Below are positions 1-11,068 of a stretch of DNA of 52,871 nucleotides, piece after piece (position 1 is the stretch's first letter; each line of letters opens with the position of its first letter). This DNA comes from Halocafeteria seosinensis (taxonomy: Eukaryota). The stretch is from the NCBI GenBank assembly GCA_001687465.1, contig LVLI01000944.1:1-52871 (forward strand). The letters run 5' to 3'. The notes under the pieces were generated by a model, which searched no databases, was not told the origin of the DNA, and was given only the letters and a program-made list of their open reading frames with translations. Made by a program: the position numbers and the translations under genes.

Positions 1-879
1 TTCGAAGCAGGGTTGGTGTGAATGAACCCAACACTCGATTCAATGATCGAGGGGTTGACATTCACCCAGGCCTCTGCTACTTTTGTGTTGTATGTATGCG
101 ATATCATTCAAGATATACAGTACAAACCGACCCACACTGCTTCCTCTATGACAAGCATAAAGAATGAAGCACCGATGGACTTAACCCTGGTCAACTTGAT
201 AGCTTTCGAGACGAAAGAACATCTTTCAGGCTCGTGGGAACCTCAGAAAGAAGAATGTGCAACGGATCACACACTCTCAGACTGAAGCAGCTATAAAGTA
301 ATGCCACAGTTCGTCCGAAAACTGAACAATACTGATGGCTGTAGGAGTTCTCGTATGTTCTCAACCATTACTGATCGAGAACTACTACTTCTACATATAT
401 AGCGCTATTTGTGTATTGCGTAACCCGGAGGAACGGACAGCTGTAACGCTATCTCTGGGCAAACATGAGCCCCTCACTCAACGGCTCTATGCGCTTTCCG
501 CTCCTGTCTGCCAGACAAAAAAGGACCGAACTTTGCGACTGCTTAAAGCCTTATGGTAAGGTCCTCCTCACCTCTATGTCGTAAGACTCTTGATAACTCC
601 AAGTGCTCCTTTGTATTGGTGAATTTCGATATATGGCTTAATTTTCTCTCTAACAGCTTTGATAGCCATTACTATTCATGAATATATCGCGTATCCATGG
701 AGCATCTCTCCAAACACCTTCACAAAGATTCCACATATCATGTTTTTGATAAGATGTAGCCTGGTAGTATGATAGAGGGTCGAGGAAATGATTTAGGATA
801 TTGTAGACGGATGAGTGAACAACAAGTCTAAATGCTTGCTCGGTGTTTAGCTCTGTACAAGCTTTAAACGAGGGCGAAG

Positions 880-2307
880 ATGGCGAGTGAGAGCGGAGAT
901 GTGCCGAGCTTGGCCTACAAACGCTTAAGTGTACAATGTATGGATGTGAACATGCAACATGACCACAGCTGGCAGCAACCAGAAGCTGATGTATGGGATT
1001 TAATGTGTGCGTTTGCAGATACGAACACTGAAGGCTGCTTTCTCGGGGCGGATTTACACACGCCGTTCGGTGCCAGAGGAGTATTCGGAGGACAGATATT
1101 CGCGCAAGCTTTGGTGGCAGCTACACTCACCGTTGATAAAGCAAAATTTGTGCATTCCATGCATGGATATTTTTTGCGCTCTGTGGATGACGCTACTGCC
1201 GTCTATTACCTGGTCGACCAGTTAAGGGATGGCAACTCATATGCAACTCGCGAAGTCAAGGCATTTCAGGAAGACCGACTCGTTTTTGTGGGTTTGGTTT
1301 CATTCCACATTGCAGAGACATCGACATTTTCGCACCAGGTATGTATGACAAAGCTTGCTGCAGAATTCGTGGAGTTCCCTGAAATAGGCGCATTTTGATT
1401 GTATCCAGATAAACTGCCCCAATGCCCAGAGTCCAGAGGAAACTCCTTCCGAAGCAGAACAGAGACAGCAAGCTCTTAAAGATCCTCGATTGACTGAAGG
1501 GCAACGGCAGTATATCTTGGCGCTTTCACAAGGTACGCATTACTTGTGCTGACACACCCATATTAAGATTCGGCTGTGAACTCGTACCGCAGAGGAGCGG
1601 ATTTTTGATAACCGGAGGTGCCGGAGAGTAGATGACTTCGAGCCTCCCAGACAACCTCCAAGACAACTGAGTTGGTTCCGTCTAGTCTCTGATGTTCAGA
1701 ATGTTTCCCTTTGTAAACCGGGAAGGACACTAGGCCATTGCCCGCACCACGCGGCAATCGCTTATGCGTCCGATTTAAACCTGCTCTACACATCTGTTTT
1801 GCCCCATCGCTGGCCCAATTCGTCGATTAAGTGAGTTTTACCTACGTTGCAATATGTGATGTCCCCTCTAACGCCAATCAAACCTTATCTTCCTTCAGGA
1901 TGATAGCTTCTTTGGACCATTCGATCTGGTTCCATCGGTATGCAAAAGCTGATAATTGGCTCCTGTATGAGCTTGAGGGGCCAAGCATGGAATACGGTAG
2001 AGGTATGTTTTGCACTTGCAAACCCCCAATCTTTGATGCCGCATGGTGACTTCCGTTTCCAGGATTCTCAAATGGTAGAATATTTGATCGGAGAGGTAGA
2101 CTAATTGCGTCAACTAGCCAAGAAGGCGTAATTAGGCGTTTCAGTGCTCCGCCCACAACATCAAACTCAGCCAAGGTCTTCTACATGAATGACGAGAAGG
2201 CCATGTATTCTGCTGGCTATAATATGAGCTCCGTTCTGCAAGACAAAGCCGAGACAAGATGGGTTGAAACGGAGGTAGACACTACCCTTCCTGAACCAAA
2301 GCTGTGA
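880..2307 (+). CDS. ACOT8: Acyl-CoA thioesterase II (TesB/ACOT8 family), 5 exons, C-terminal PTS1-like PKL
   Basis: Motifs VFGGQIFAQAL, VHSMHGYFL, LRDGNSYATREV, AYASDLNLL, MIASLDHSIWFH, WLLYE and STSQEGVIR assemble across GT-AG introns (first intron 1339-1408). The spliced frame ends ...PEPKL-TGA at 2307. Confidence 0.93.
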
Positions 2308-2416
2308 TTTTCTCGTGTAGGTAATTTGCTACCTACATTGGTTAATTGACAGCCGTTCGCAGTCTAGACGCCATCCCGAACGACGCTCGGTTCTGGAAAG
2401 CTTGGATCACCCACGT

Positions 2417-3187
2417 TCAAATTTCCGCTCGGTGCAGTACGTACAGGCCAATACGAGGTAGCATGACGCTTAGCCAAAAGAGTAACTTTGAACATTCTTC
2501 TCCACTCTTACAAGCTTCGAATGCGAAGCCTAACCACTCATTGGAAGTGCAATCGTGGAGATGCCACCAGGGGTTGCCCATCCGTGGGTGTTCCTGCGTT
2601 TCCGCCATACAGATGTAAGCAGAGCATGACACGCAGAACTAGCTCTGAACCTTACCTCTATTGCGCAGTTATTCCATCTCCACCAAGAAGTGCTCTTAGC
2701 GCTCTCTTCTATCAGGCCGCAAGCTACAGCGCACTCCGACAAGTGTTGTTCAACACTTGCTTTGTCTAGCGGACGTCCACTTGCGTCAGCAATGCGGAAG
2801 TAAAGCGTAGGCACCCGAAACGTTTCGTCAAAACGAACACATAAACTATAGTGATAAACTTGCGAACTCTGACTCAATATATCAGCGTTGCACTTGACTC
2901 TGTCCTCGGACTCCTCCAAAGCGTATTCCTCTTGTGCCTCAGGGTTGGCAGCAGCATCTTGGGAGCAAAGAGTTGTAGCCCACAGCTCACCCTGAACATC
3001 ATCATCATAGATAAAATAAAAATCTCCCTTCGATAAGGAACGAAATCTCCAAATCATATCGTACATTATCTTCGTCCCACCACCAATCTTTGCCACTGAT
3101 TGTGCGGTTCTTCGATGAGGTTGGAAACGTGGAACAAGCTTCAACCCACCTTCGGCAGGCTGTACGGAAAGACTTTTCGCTGAACAT
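2417..3187 (-). CDS. ATG10: Autophagy E2-like enzyme ATG10, 3 exons
   Basis: N-terminus MFSEKSFRTACRRW, core YHYSLCVRFDETFRVPTLYFRIADASGRPL, and catalytic region TQEHPRMGNPWWHLHDCT followed by LLFWLSVMLPRIGL match the Atg10 pattern. Exons lie in ORFs 3005-3244, 2530-3195 and 2417-2632. Confidence 0.85.
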
Positions 3188-3481
3188 AAGCACAATACGA
3201 GAGTCCTTTTTTTCTCCTAGCTGCGGATATTCAAGACAATGCATCAGAAACCTAGTACCCGGTAGTATACCCTACTTTCAATGTCTTTGACCTCCACACT
3301 GTTGTTGAAGTTGATGTGAAGAAATGCCACCAGCTTACCATAATAAATTGTCATTGACAATATAAACTTAAGTAATGGAAACCAATGGCACCTTGTCATC
3401 ATTTTGCAGAAGAGTCCTGGCTATTCAGTACAAGAGCCTTCTCAGCACTTAGTATCCACTGAACCATACAGGTATGCTATA

Positions 3482-5470
3482 TCATAGAAATTCGCTGCTG
3501 AACAGATTCTCGTCTATCCCAGAGAAAAGTTCCTCCAGCTCCTCACTATTGCGGACAAATGGTTCGAATGGTGGATTCATTTTGGAAGGTAATGCAGCAG
3601 TAGAATCCACAGAGTCACGCATACGGGCAACTGGGGCAGAGACTGGTGCAGCAGTTGTGCTCTCTACAGTGAGTGAAGGACCGTGAACCACCGCTGTTCG
3701 GGCTGAAATGGAAGAGTTTTTGTGGTTGTAACGGTGATCTCCGTGGTTAGACACATCCTCTACTTCCTGCATCACACTTGCCTCTTTTGATGGCATGTAC
3801 GGTATGCGATTCACGCTTGCGAAGTATGCAGGAAACTTTAACGGGTTGTACGTTTCGATGGCGTTCTTACGAGACCATTCAAGGATACGCAGCACGTATA
3901 CATCATTCGATTCGCCGCTTTCAACGCTCGCACCAGTCTCTCCTGGAAGGTACTGTTCGCTTTGGCACAATTGAAAAGCAAGCAAGGAAGTGCCTTCACG
4001 CACGTGGCAAATAGCAAATCGTAAATTTGGGGTGCACTTGTCGTCTTCCCTCGCGCATGACCAACTCGGCAGTGCCATCTTGGCGAGACAGCATAACCTG
4101 TTTCTTTCCATTACCTGGTTCAGCGAGTCTATAAGACCTCTCGATCGCTCGTTCCTGCAGGGTGCTACCGGAAATACAAAGTAGCCTTCGAGGATAATAC
4201 TTACAATCTTTGTGGTAGCGTACCGTGTGGGCAGAATCCGTAAAGGAATGCCATGCAAATACGAAATCTGAAGCTCTCCTTGCGGTATCACACTTTCAAT
4301 CACGATGTCCGGATTGGCGACGGTCAATGTGCGTATAGTACCCGACCACCATCCATTAAAAGCCGTCTCGAGAATTGACGGACCTATAGATGGTCGTATG
4401 GACACAGTCGTCCGTGGAAGTGGTGGGGAAACGATGGAACCCTTTCCAAAGCTAATGTGCCCCTTCACACTGAATGACGAAATTATTAACTTGGCAAAGA
4501 GCTCCTTGCTGAAGCGACTGAAGACTATTTTTTCTGTGCAGGAGAGGCGCAGATGCAACGGGAGCGTATCAGCAATATCTCCACCAAAGTGAAAATTGAC
4601 TTACCATTTGGAACGATCTTGACAGAAGCATCTGTCAAATACGAGTTAAGCTTTCTGTGGTCTGATTGCAGCTCCTCAACACCAGCATGCGTTAGTGGCA
4701 CTACCAAGTAATTGCTGTAGTAGGTGTCAATGTCTTTACGTTGAATTAATTCGGATAAGTGGCGGGCAACCTCTGGACACGCTTTTGCTGCGGGTGACGC
4801 GGTGCCAATGAACCCTACGACGCTTTTCGTAACGTTAAATTTGGTGTCGTAGCGGTGTATACTCCCAAAGCATTTGGACCATAATTGCGCTGTTGCTCGC
4901 CGGAACGCAACCATGGCTTTCTTCGTTTGCTTTCTTCGGGGGCCTTCAGACAGCATGGTTTTGACCGTGTCTCCGAGTGACTTTAGGGAAGTGTCTTCTT
5001 GTAACCTGAATTGTGTTCATCTTGGTTGCATTGAGTACGTTCTAAGTGATCCTGCTCCACACTTACCGGGGTTCTTCTCCGGGTCGTCCTCTCAACTGAA
5101 TGATGTGGACGAGTGCTTGACTGCCCAAAAGCATTGATATGCATGCTGTGTAGCATATAGACTTGGAGTTCTAAGTGGGATGAATCTTGCGAATAGTAGC
5201 ATGCAGGACTCACAGCTAAGCTCCGTGATGGTCTCGCTTAGGTATCTGCAGACAAACGCCATGAAATGGCGCCCGATTGATGGCTCTTGGGATTTTATGA
5301 AAAATATGTATCGTACGTTAAATATTGCTGGAAGCATTCATCTTCAGTGCAAGGACTATAGCGCAGATCGGCCACCTGAGGCAGAACAAAAGAAGAATTC
5401 TTGTTGTCTTCGTTTCCTCGTATTGAACTGGTCAATCAATACTCACTAGGTGCAGGATCGTCTTCGACAT
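3482..5470 (-). CDS. M1AP (meiosis 1 arrest protein)-like / INTS14-related vWA-type protein, multi-exon
   Basis: A continuous frame assembles from ATG at 5470 (MSKTILHL|VADLRYSP...) through five or six short GT-AG introns into ORFs 4525-4956 and 3482-4558. C-terminal blocks (YLHGIPLRILPT, LCCLAK, SLLAFQLCQSEQYLP, ETYNPL) resemble M1AP as I remember it. The gene model is well supported; the identity is only moderately supported. Confidence 0.6.
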
Positions 5471-5970
5471 ATCGAGCTAGTATCCTTTGTTCGCCTAGGG
5501 GCGGGATGTTTTAGCACTATTTGCTGTATTTTTTCATGAGGTGATTCAGTCTCTTGAGGAATTTCCGTTTGGGGATGTAGAATTCCTTTTTCCTAGAATT
5601 CCTTTTTTCCTACTTCTCTTATGCCTCGGGAAATTTGTGCTTGCCCTTCATCGCATTGAGTGCCCTACGTTTTCTCCAGTCATATATTTAGGAAAATGGT
5701 ATGCACATAACAACAATGTTGTATGTCTACTTGTACTGCGTCGTAGCCTACTAGCCATACACACCATATGATGATATGGATACCATGGTAACCTGCTGCA
5801 AAACTTCAACTTCCGGGCCGAGGAATTCAAATGAGTTTGACATAACCCTATGAAGTCTATCACGCTGGTATTAAATGGACAGATCGGTGCTCTTGGGTAG
5901 TTTTGCCCATTGCAGTATTTTCGATATGCTTGGTGGGGTATATGAGAGAAACCCGGAAACAAAATAACGA

Positions 5971-8900
5971 ATGCCGTCGTCCACGCAACCTCAGCGTGCT
6001 CACCACTCCACGGTGTACGCTACTGCGCTAACACAGCACAGTGGCTACTGTTCGAGTTCTTCCGGGCACAATGGACGACCTCCTAATGGCAATGGCAATG
6101 GCAGTGGAAGTGGAGGTGATGAACCAAATCCTTTATACGAAGAAACAGACTCTTTAGGAGCTGAAATCGAGCGTTTGGTGGAGGATGTCTTCTCTTCTGC
6201 TTATTATGAAGACCAAATCATGGATATTTTGATGGATGAACAGGACCAGTCCAAGCATTATGGTGTATACATTATACCGAACGATCTACTGGATGTTCTT
6301 CCCCAGTACAGTCACCAATTGATCAACCACGCTGAAGTCGTCCTGTCCAAGCTGGATGAAGCACTCCAAGAACGCGCTCGCCGTACTATGAGGCAGCGGT
6401 TGGAAGACGAAGAACGCTGTGATGATCAGGATATCGCCGGAGTTAACCTGACGCTAAAGACGAACATTCACGCGAGGCTCAAATGGATACCAAGGCTCCC
6501 AATATTCTCAAGAGAGAACGTTAGCGGTATCCGCTCAACCGACGTAGGTACCTTCCTCCAAGTAGGCGGTACTGTGATCCGGACGGGAATGGTGAAGATT
6601 TTGGAATCCGCAAAAACTTACCAGTGTACCGCTCCCCAATGTGGTCATCGCTTTGTTGTCAGAACAGATATAGAGCAAGACTTGATGCAAGAGCTACCAG
6701 TGAGTTACAACGATGACTCTCAGAGGGACACATAATCGTCTTATTGGTTGACACACAGAAACAATGCCCTGCGCCGGGGGATCAACGATGTAAAAACACT
6801 TCATTCGAGTTGGTAGCGGAAGACACTGTCCGAACGGATTATCAAGAAATCAAAATCCAGGAAAAGGTACGGTGTACACTTTTGCTCAGCGTGAACATAA
6901 CTGGAGCCCTTTGTGCTGTTGCAGGTACAAACACTAAACGTGGGATCCATTCCTCGCTCGATAAATGTCGCCTTGCATAATGATCTCGTGGACCTTTGTA
7001 AAGTATGTCTTAAGCCTAAGTTTCACGACCTTCGGAGACTTAGCAGGAGTGGTGGTTATACAGGCGGGGGATGACGTGTCCGTTACAGGCAATGTCTGTC
7101 GAAGATGGCGACGAATAGCAAGAGGAGCTCGTTGTGACTTGGAGGTCCTTATCAAGGCTAACAACATAAAGGTGGAAAAAGGATATCAACGGGAAACAGT
7201 CTCAAGCAGTGGAGTAAGTTTTTCACTCCCCAGTAAGGGGCTAAAGTTCGACATCGTATTGTGGGTGGGTGCAGCTCAAAGAGGACTTCCAAGACTTCTG
7301 GAGGTATTATCGGGATAAACCGTTGAAAGGAAGGAATATCATCCTTCGAAGCATTGCCCCTCAAGTACGCGCTTACAGGCCAACAACATACGGTAACTTG
7401 TTCATTTGTGTGTTGTTCCGCCGACACAAATATGCTTTCAGATATACGGCCTTTATGTGGTGAAGCTTGCTGTGGCAATGGTTCTTACGGGAGGCGTAGG
7501 TCATGCAGACGAGCATGGTCCACAAACCAGAGGAGAACCACACCTATTGCTTGTTGGTATGCAAATTGGTCAACTATGCCGGCCGGAGCAATTCATCGGC
7601 ATTAAAAATGCACTTATATGGTTGCAGGAGACCCCGGTACTGGAAAATCGCAGTTTCTCCGATTTGCCGCCAGATTGACATCGCGCTCTGTACTCACCAC
7701 CGGAATAGGATCTACCAGTGCTGGACTTACATGTACCGCGGCCAAAGACAATGGCGAATGGGTTCTCGAAGCTGGTGCTCTAGTTTTGGCCGATAGAGGC
7801 ATATGTTGCATCGATGAGTTTTCTTCTATCAGGTACAATTGCTCTGTCTTGCTATCCGCTTAATACAACTGCCTCACCAGCTGTGCTTTTTTATCAGAGA
7901 GCACGACCGAGCAACCATCCATGAAGCTATGGAACAACAAAGCATTTCTGTCGCCAAAGCAGGGATAGTTTGCAAGCTCAACAGCAGGTAATACGTGGAT
8001 GTTTTAAGTGAGTCGTATACTCTGTAGCAATCCCTTTAACGAAATCTGCAGGTGTAGTGTCTTGGCTGCAACAAACCCGAAAGGAAAGTATGACCCCTTT
8101 GAAGATATTTCTGTTAACACAGCGATAGCTACTCCTTTGCTTTCACGGTATGGTGTGTTGCCTTGAGTTTGTTTAGGGAGAGTCTATATTCGGTGAAGGG
8201 GTTTGTTCCTGCAGTTTCGATATCGTAATGGTCTTGCTAGATAGTTCAAACCCTTCGTGGGATAAAAAAGTTTCGTCGTATATCCTGGCGAATGCTTGCG
8301 TGCCTTTGTCTGAGGACGTTGACGAAGGAGCTACCGAAGAAGACGATTTAGCGAATAGTGGTGCGGAACAGTTCGAGGTCGGAGTATCATCAACAGGACG
8401 CGACTCATCCTCCAGGAGGTTAGAAGACACCAGCTCATTCTCCACTTGGAGTCTGATGAGGTGCGGCTAACTGTACAGCACACCTTCATCAATCTTCTGC
8501 ATACCGCTATGGTTTGTTTTTCCAGATTGCAAGCGTACATATCTTATGTTAAAGAAACGTTCCACCCAGTGCTAACAGAGAACGCGCAAAAGGTATCCTT
8601 GCATGGTCGGCTGCCTTGCTAAATTCGTCTTACTACAATGGTTCGAAGATGCAGGTGCTAATGGGATACTACAGCGCTCAGCGTCAAGCCGAAGCACGAT
8701 CAGGAAGAACTACTATTCGTCTTCTCGAGTCCCTTGTTCGAATCTCCCAAGCTCATGCGCGCCTAATGGCCAGGCATTTTGTTTCATTAGGCGATGCAGT
8801 GGTAGCTGTTAGTGTTACTGAAGTATCAATGCATACTGCTTCAGCTATGGGTATTGAATCAGTCTCCCAAACGGATTTCCCCTCTGATCCGGATGCTGCA

Positions 8901-9743
8901 TTCATTGCCACCGCCAGGCAAATCCTAAGAAAGCTGGAGCTTGAGCATTTAGTTGATATGAATGATATGGCATGCGCCATGGACGTCTTCTTCCCTCCGT
9001 CGGATGAGGAGGAGGACAACCAGCCTCAGTTTAGCAATGGACGGAATGACCGTCCCAATCATTTGCACGAGACTTTTACTAGTCAACAAAATGAGAGAGT
9101 TGGTGGAGAGTGGTGTGTGGCTGAAGCAGAAGGCACAACCGATTATGCAAACGAAGGTGGTAATGGTGGTCATACTTCCGACGCTCCTGTTTCTGAAGTT
9201 AACGGCGTCACCTATGATTTGCGGACTACATCTGTCGAACGCAGGGAAACTGAGGAACGTGCGAACCAGCAAGCGTCTCACAAGGGGGTGCCGGCAGAGC
9301 ATCCTGAAGGAAGCATTGCCCCGTCGAGTGTCGCCTCAGCGTCGACGTGGCAGGAAAAGGAAGGTAACGAGAGTAACAGACACGTATTTTCCGATCAACA
9401 CAGTGATATTGATAACGCCGAACAGGAGGTACACTTTGGTTCATCGGAGGAACAGGATCAACCCTATGCAAGTTTTACACCGCACGTATCGGAATTTAAC
9501 AGTGCTGCGGGATATTCGTATTCATCAGCGATTACCAACGTCCAGGTCGCTGTAACAAGGTCCGAGGTTGCAGTCACTGTTGCGCGTGCTAACGGAACCA
9601 TGTCCTCTTCCGACGCAGGAGAGAACACACCCTGGGAAACCACGCGTACCACACAGATGTCCAGTCAACGTAGCAAGGCGAAAGATGTGGACGCTCTGGA
9701 ACAACCGTTGGATTTGGATGACGTCGAGTTCCCCATGTTGTAG
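5971..9743 (+). CDS. MCM9: DNA helicase MCM9, ~12 exons, long low-complexity C-terminal tail
   Basis: GTVIRTG and a Zn-finger (CTAPQCGH...C...C), [73 protein letters not shown], and [21 protein letters not shown]. The [10 protein letters not shown] and [10 protein letters not shown] motifs are MCM9-type. The exact start is uncertain. Confidence 0.93.
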
Positions 9744-9764
9744 CGAACAACGAGTGTCCTTCAT

Positions 9765-10715
9765 TTACATAAACATGGCACCAACACTACCCTCTCTTCT
9801 CGTCCTTAGCTGCTGCCCCGCCATTCTTAACTTGCTTTCTCTCTCCTCTTTAGACTCGTTAAATATCGTCGTATGAAATCTCATGCCGAATAGCGAATCT
9901 ACTGAATGGCACAGCCAAGTATTTAACACTCTCAATACCTCCAGAGAAGTGTAGAGGGGCTGAAACGCCAGCACACTTAGCGATGGTATCCGCTGCATCT
10001 CAGCCTGCACCATGAGCGCAGCAGGAAAACCCTGCAGGAATGAGGTGGTACCCAGTGTTCTTCCCTCCCTTTGTATTTGACGAAATGTTGCATCCTCGGC
10101 GGAGTTAGCAACAGTACGTGTATCGATTTCCATGCTCTTTTCTGACGACGTTTGACTCGACAATACAAGCACCCTGTCTTTCATACACTTCAGTGAGGCT
10201 TAGCGGGGACACCCTTCTCACTGACATGCCACTTACCGTTTTGGTCGAAGTACCTTCAAAAACAACCGGGCATCATGCATGACGGAGGCATATCCTTCTG
10301 GAGGCAAAGAGACAAACGCTAGCTGCAACCCCCTCGAACCGCCAGCCACCGGAACTTTTACTAGTTTGACTTTAACTTCAATACCACGCTGTTGCCTACG
10401 CTGCCGAGGTGGCAGATAACGCTGCGTTATACTGGAGGGAGTCCTGATGTCTGTGGGATGTTGCGAGCACTGAAACTTTAGTTCCTGGGAAGAAGAGGGT
10501 AAAATAGACTTCACCAAGAATTCCCCTGCCTGATATCCACAAACTAGCAAGTCAATGTCACCGTCGACTATGTTATCTCTGTTTACGTCGCTGTCGAAGT
10601 TTGCTGGAACCACATGTCTCCGTTTTGTGTCCTGGAGCGTGTCAATCGCCTCTTCAGGATTCCTGGAAACGGGAGGTGGGACATCAGATCCAGGTCCATG
10701 GACAACAAATGCCAT
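9765..10715 (-). CDS. PSMG1: Proteasome assembly chaperone 1 (PAC1/PSMG1)-like, 2 exons
   Basis: N-terminal VPPPVSRNPEE, a C-terminal FLQGFPAALMVQAEMQRIPSLSVL block and a terminal MFM* fit PAC1. One intron (GTAAGT at ~10237) joins ORFs 10233-10715 and 9765-10184. Confidence 0.65.
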
Positions 10716-11068
10716 TGTTCTACCTTCTGCGGAGTGCTACTACCTATTTTAGTATGCACGTCTTATATTCTAAGTTCGCAGAGTGAACACACAAACCATT
10801 CCCGAGAATCCTTAGTTGTACATGTGGAACAGACATCTACCTTCACATTGTGAATCAAAGGCTTCAATTAAAAGCCTTCAAAGCTAATTCAACAGGCGAG
10901 TTGAATGGCCACCACTGAGCTACATCAAGATAAACAGTTCATTCAATGGTGATTGTGATAACAGCGGGAGTTCACGCCTTAAAAGCGGGGAACTACAAAA
11001 CTTATTGTTTATACAACGCTGCAAATACAACGATTTCAAACTCGAAAATGACTCCCGGTTTTATTCAT

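Noticed and set aside
1..800. Short ORFs 22-285 and 335-559 with faint RT-like words (ATFVLYVCDII, CFLYD, RTLRLLKALW)
   Set aside because: No intact YxDD or QGxP motif. The similarity is at chance level by eye, and I could not build a gene model.
6086..6120. AATGGC x3 / AGTGGA microrepeat
   Set aside because: It encodes a Gly-Asn/Ser linker at the MCM9 N-terminus and is not a CRISPR or telomeric repeat.
8962..9555. Long alternative-frame and antisense ORFs within MCM9, HECT, TOM1-like and golgin genes
   Set aside because: These are shadow ORFs expected from codon bias in low-complexity coding sequence.
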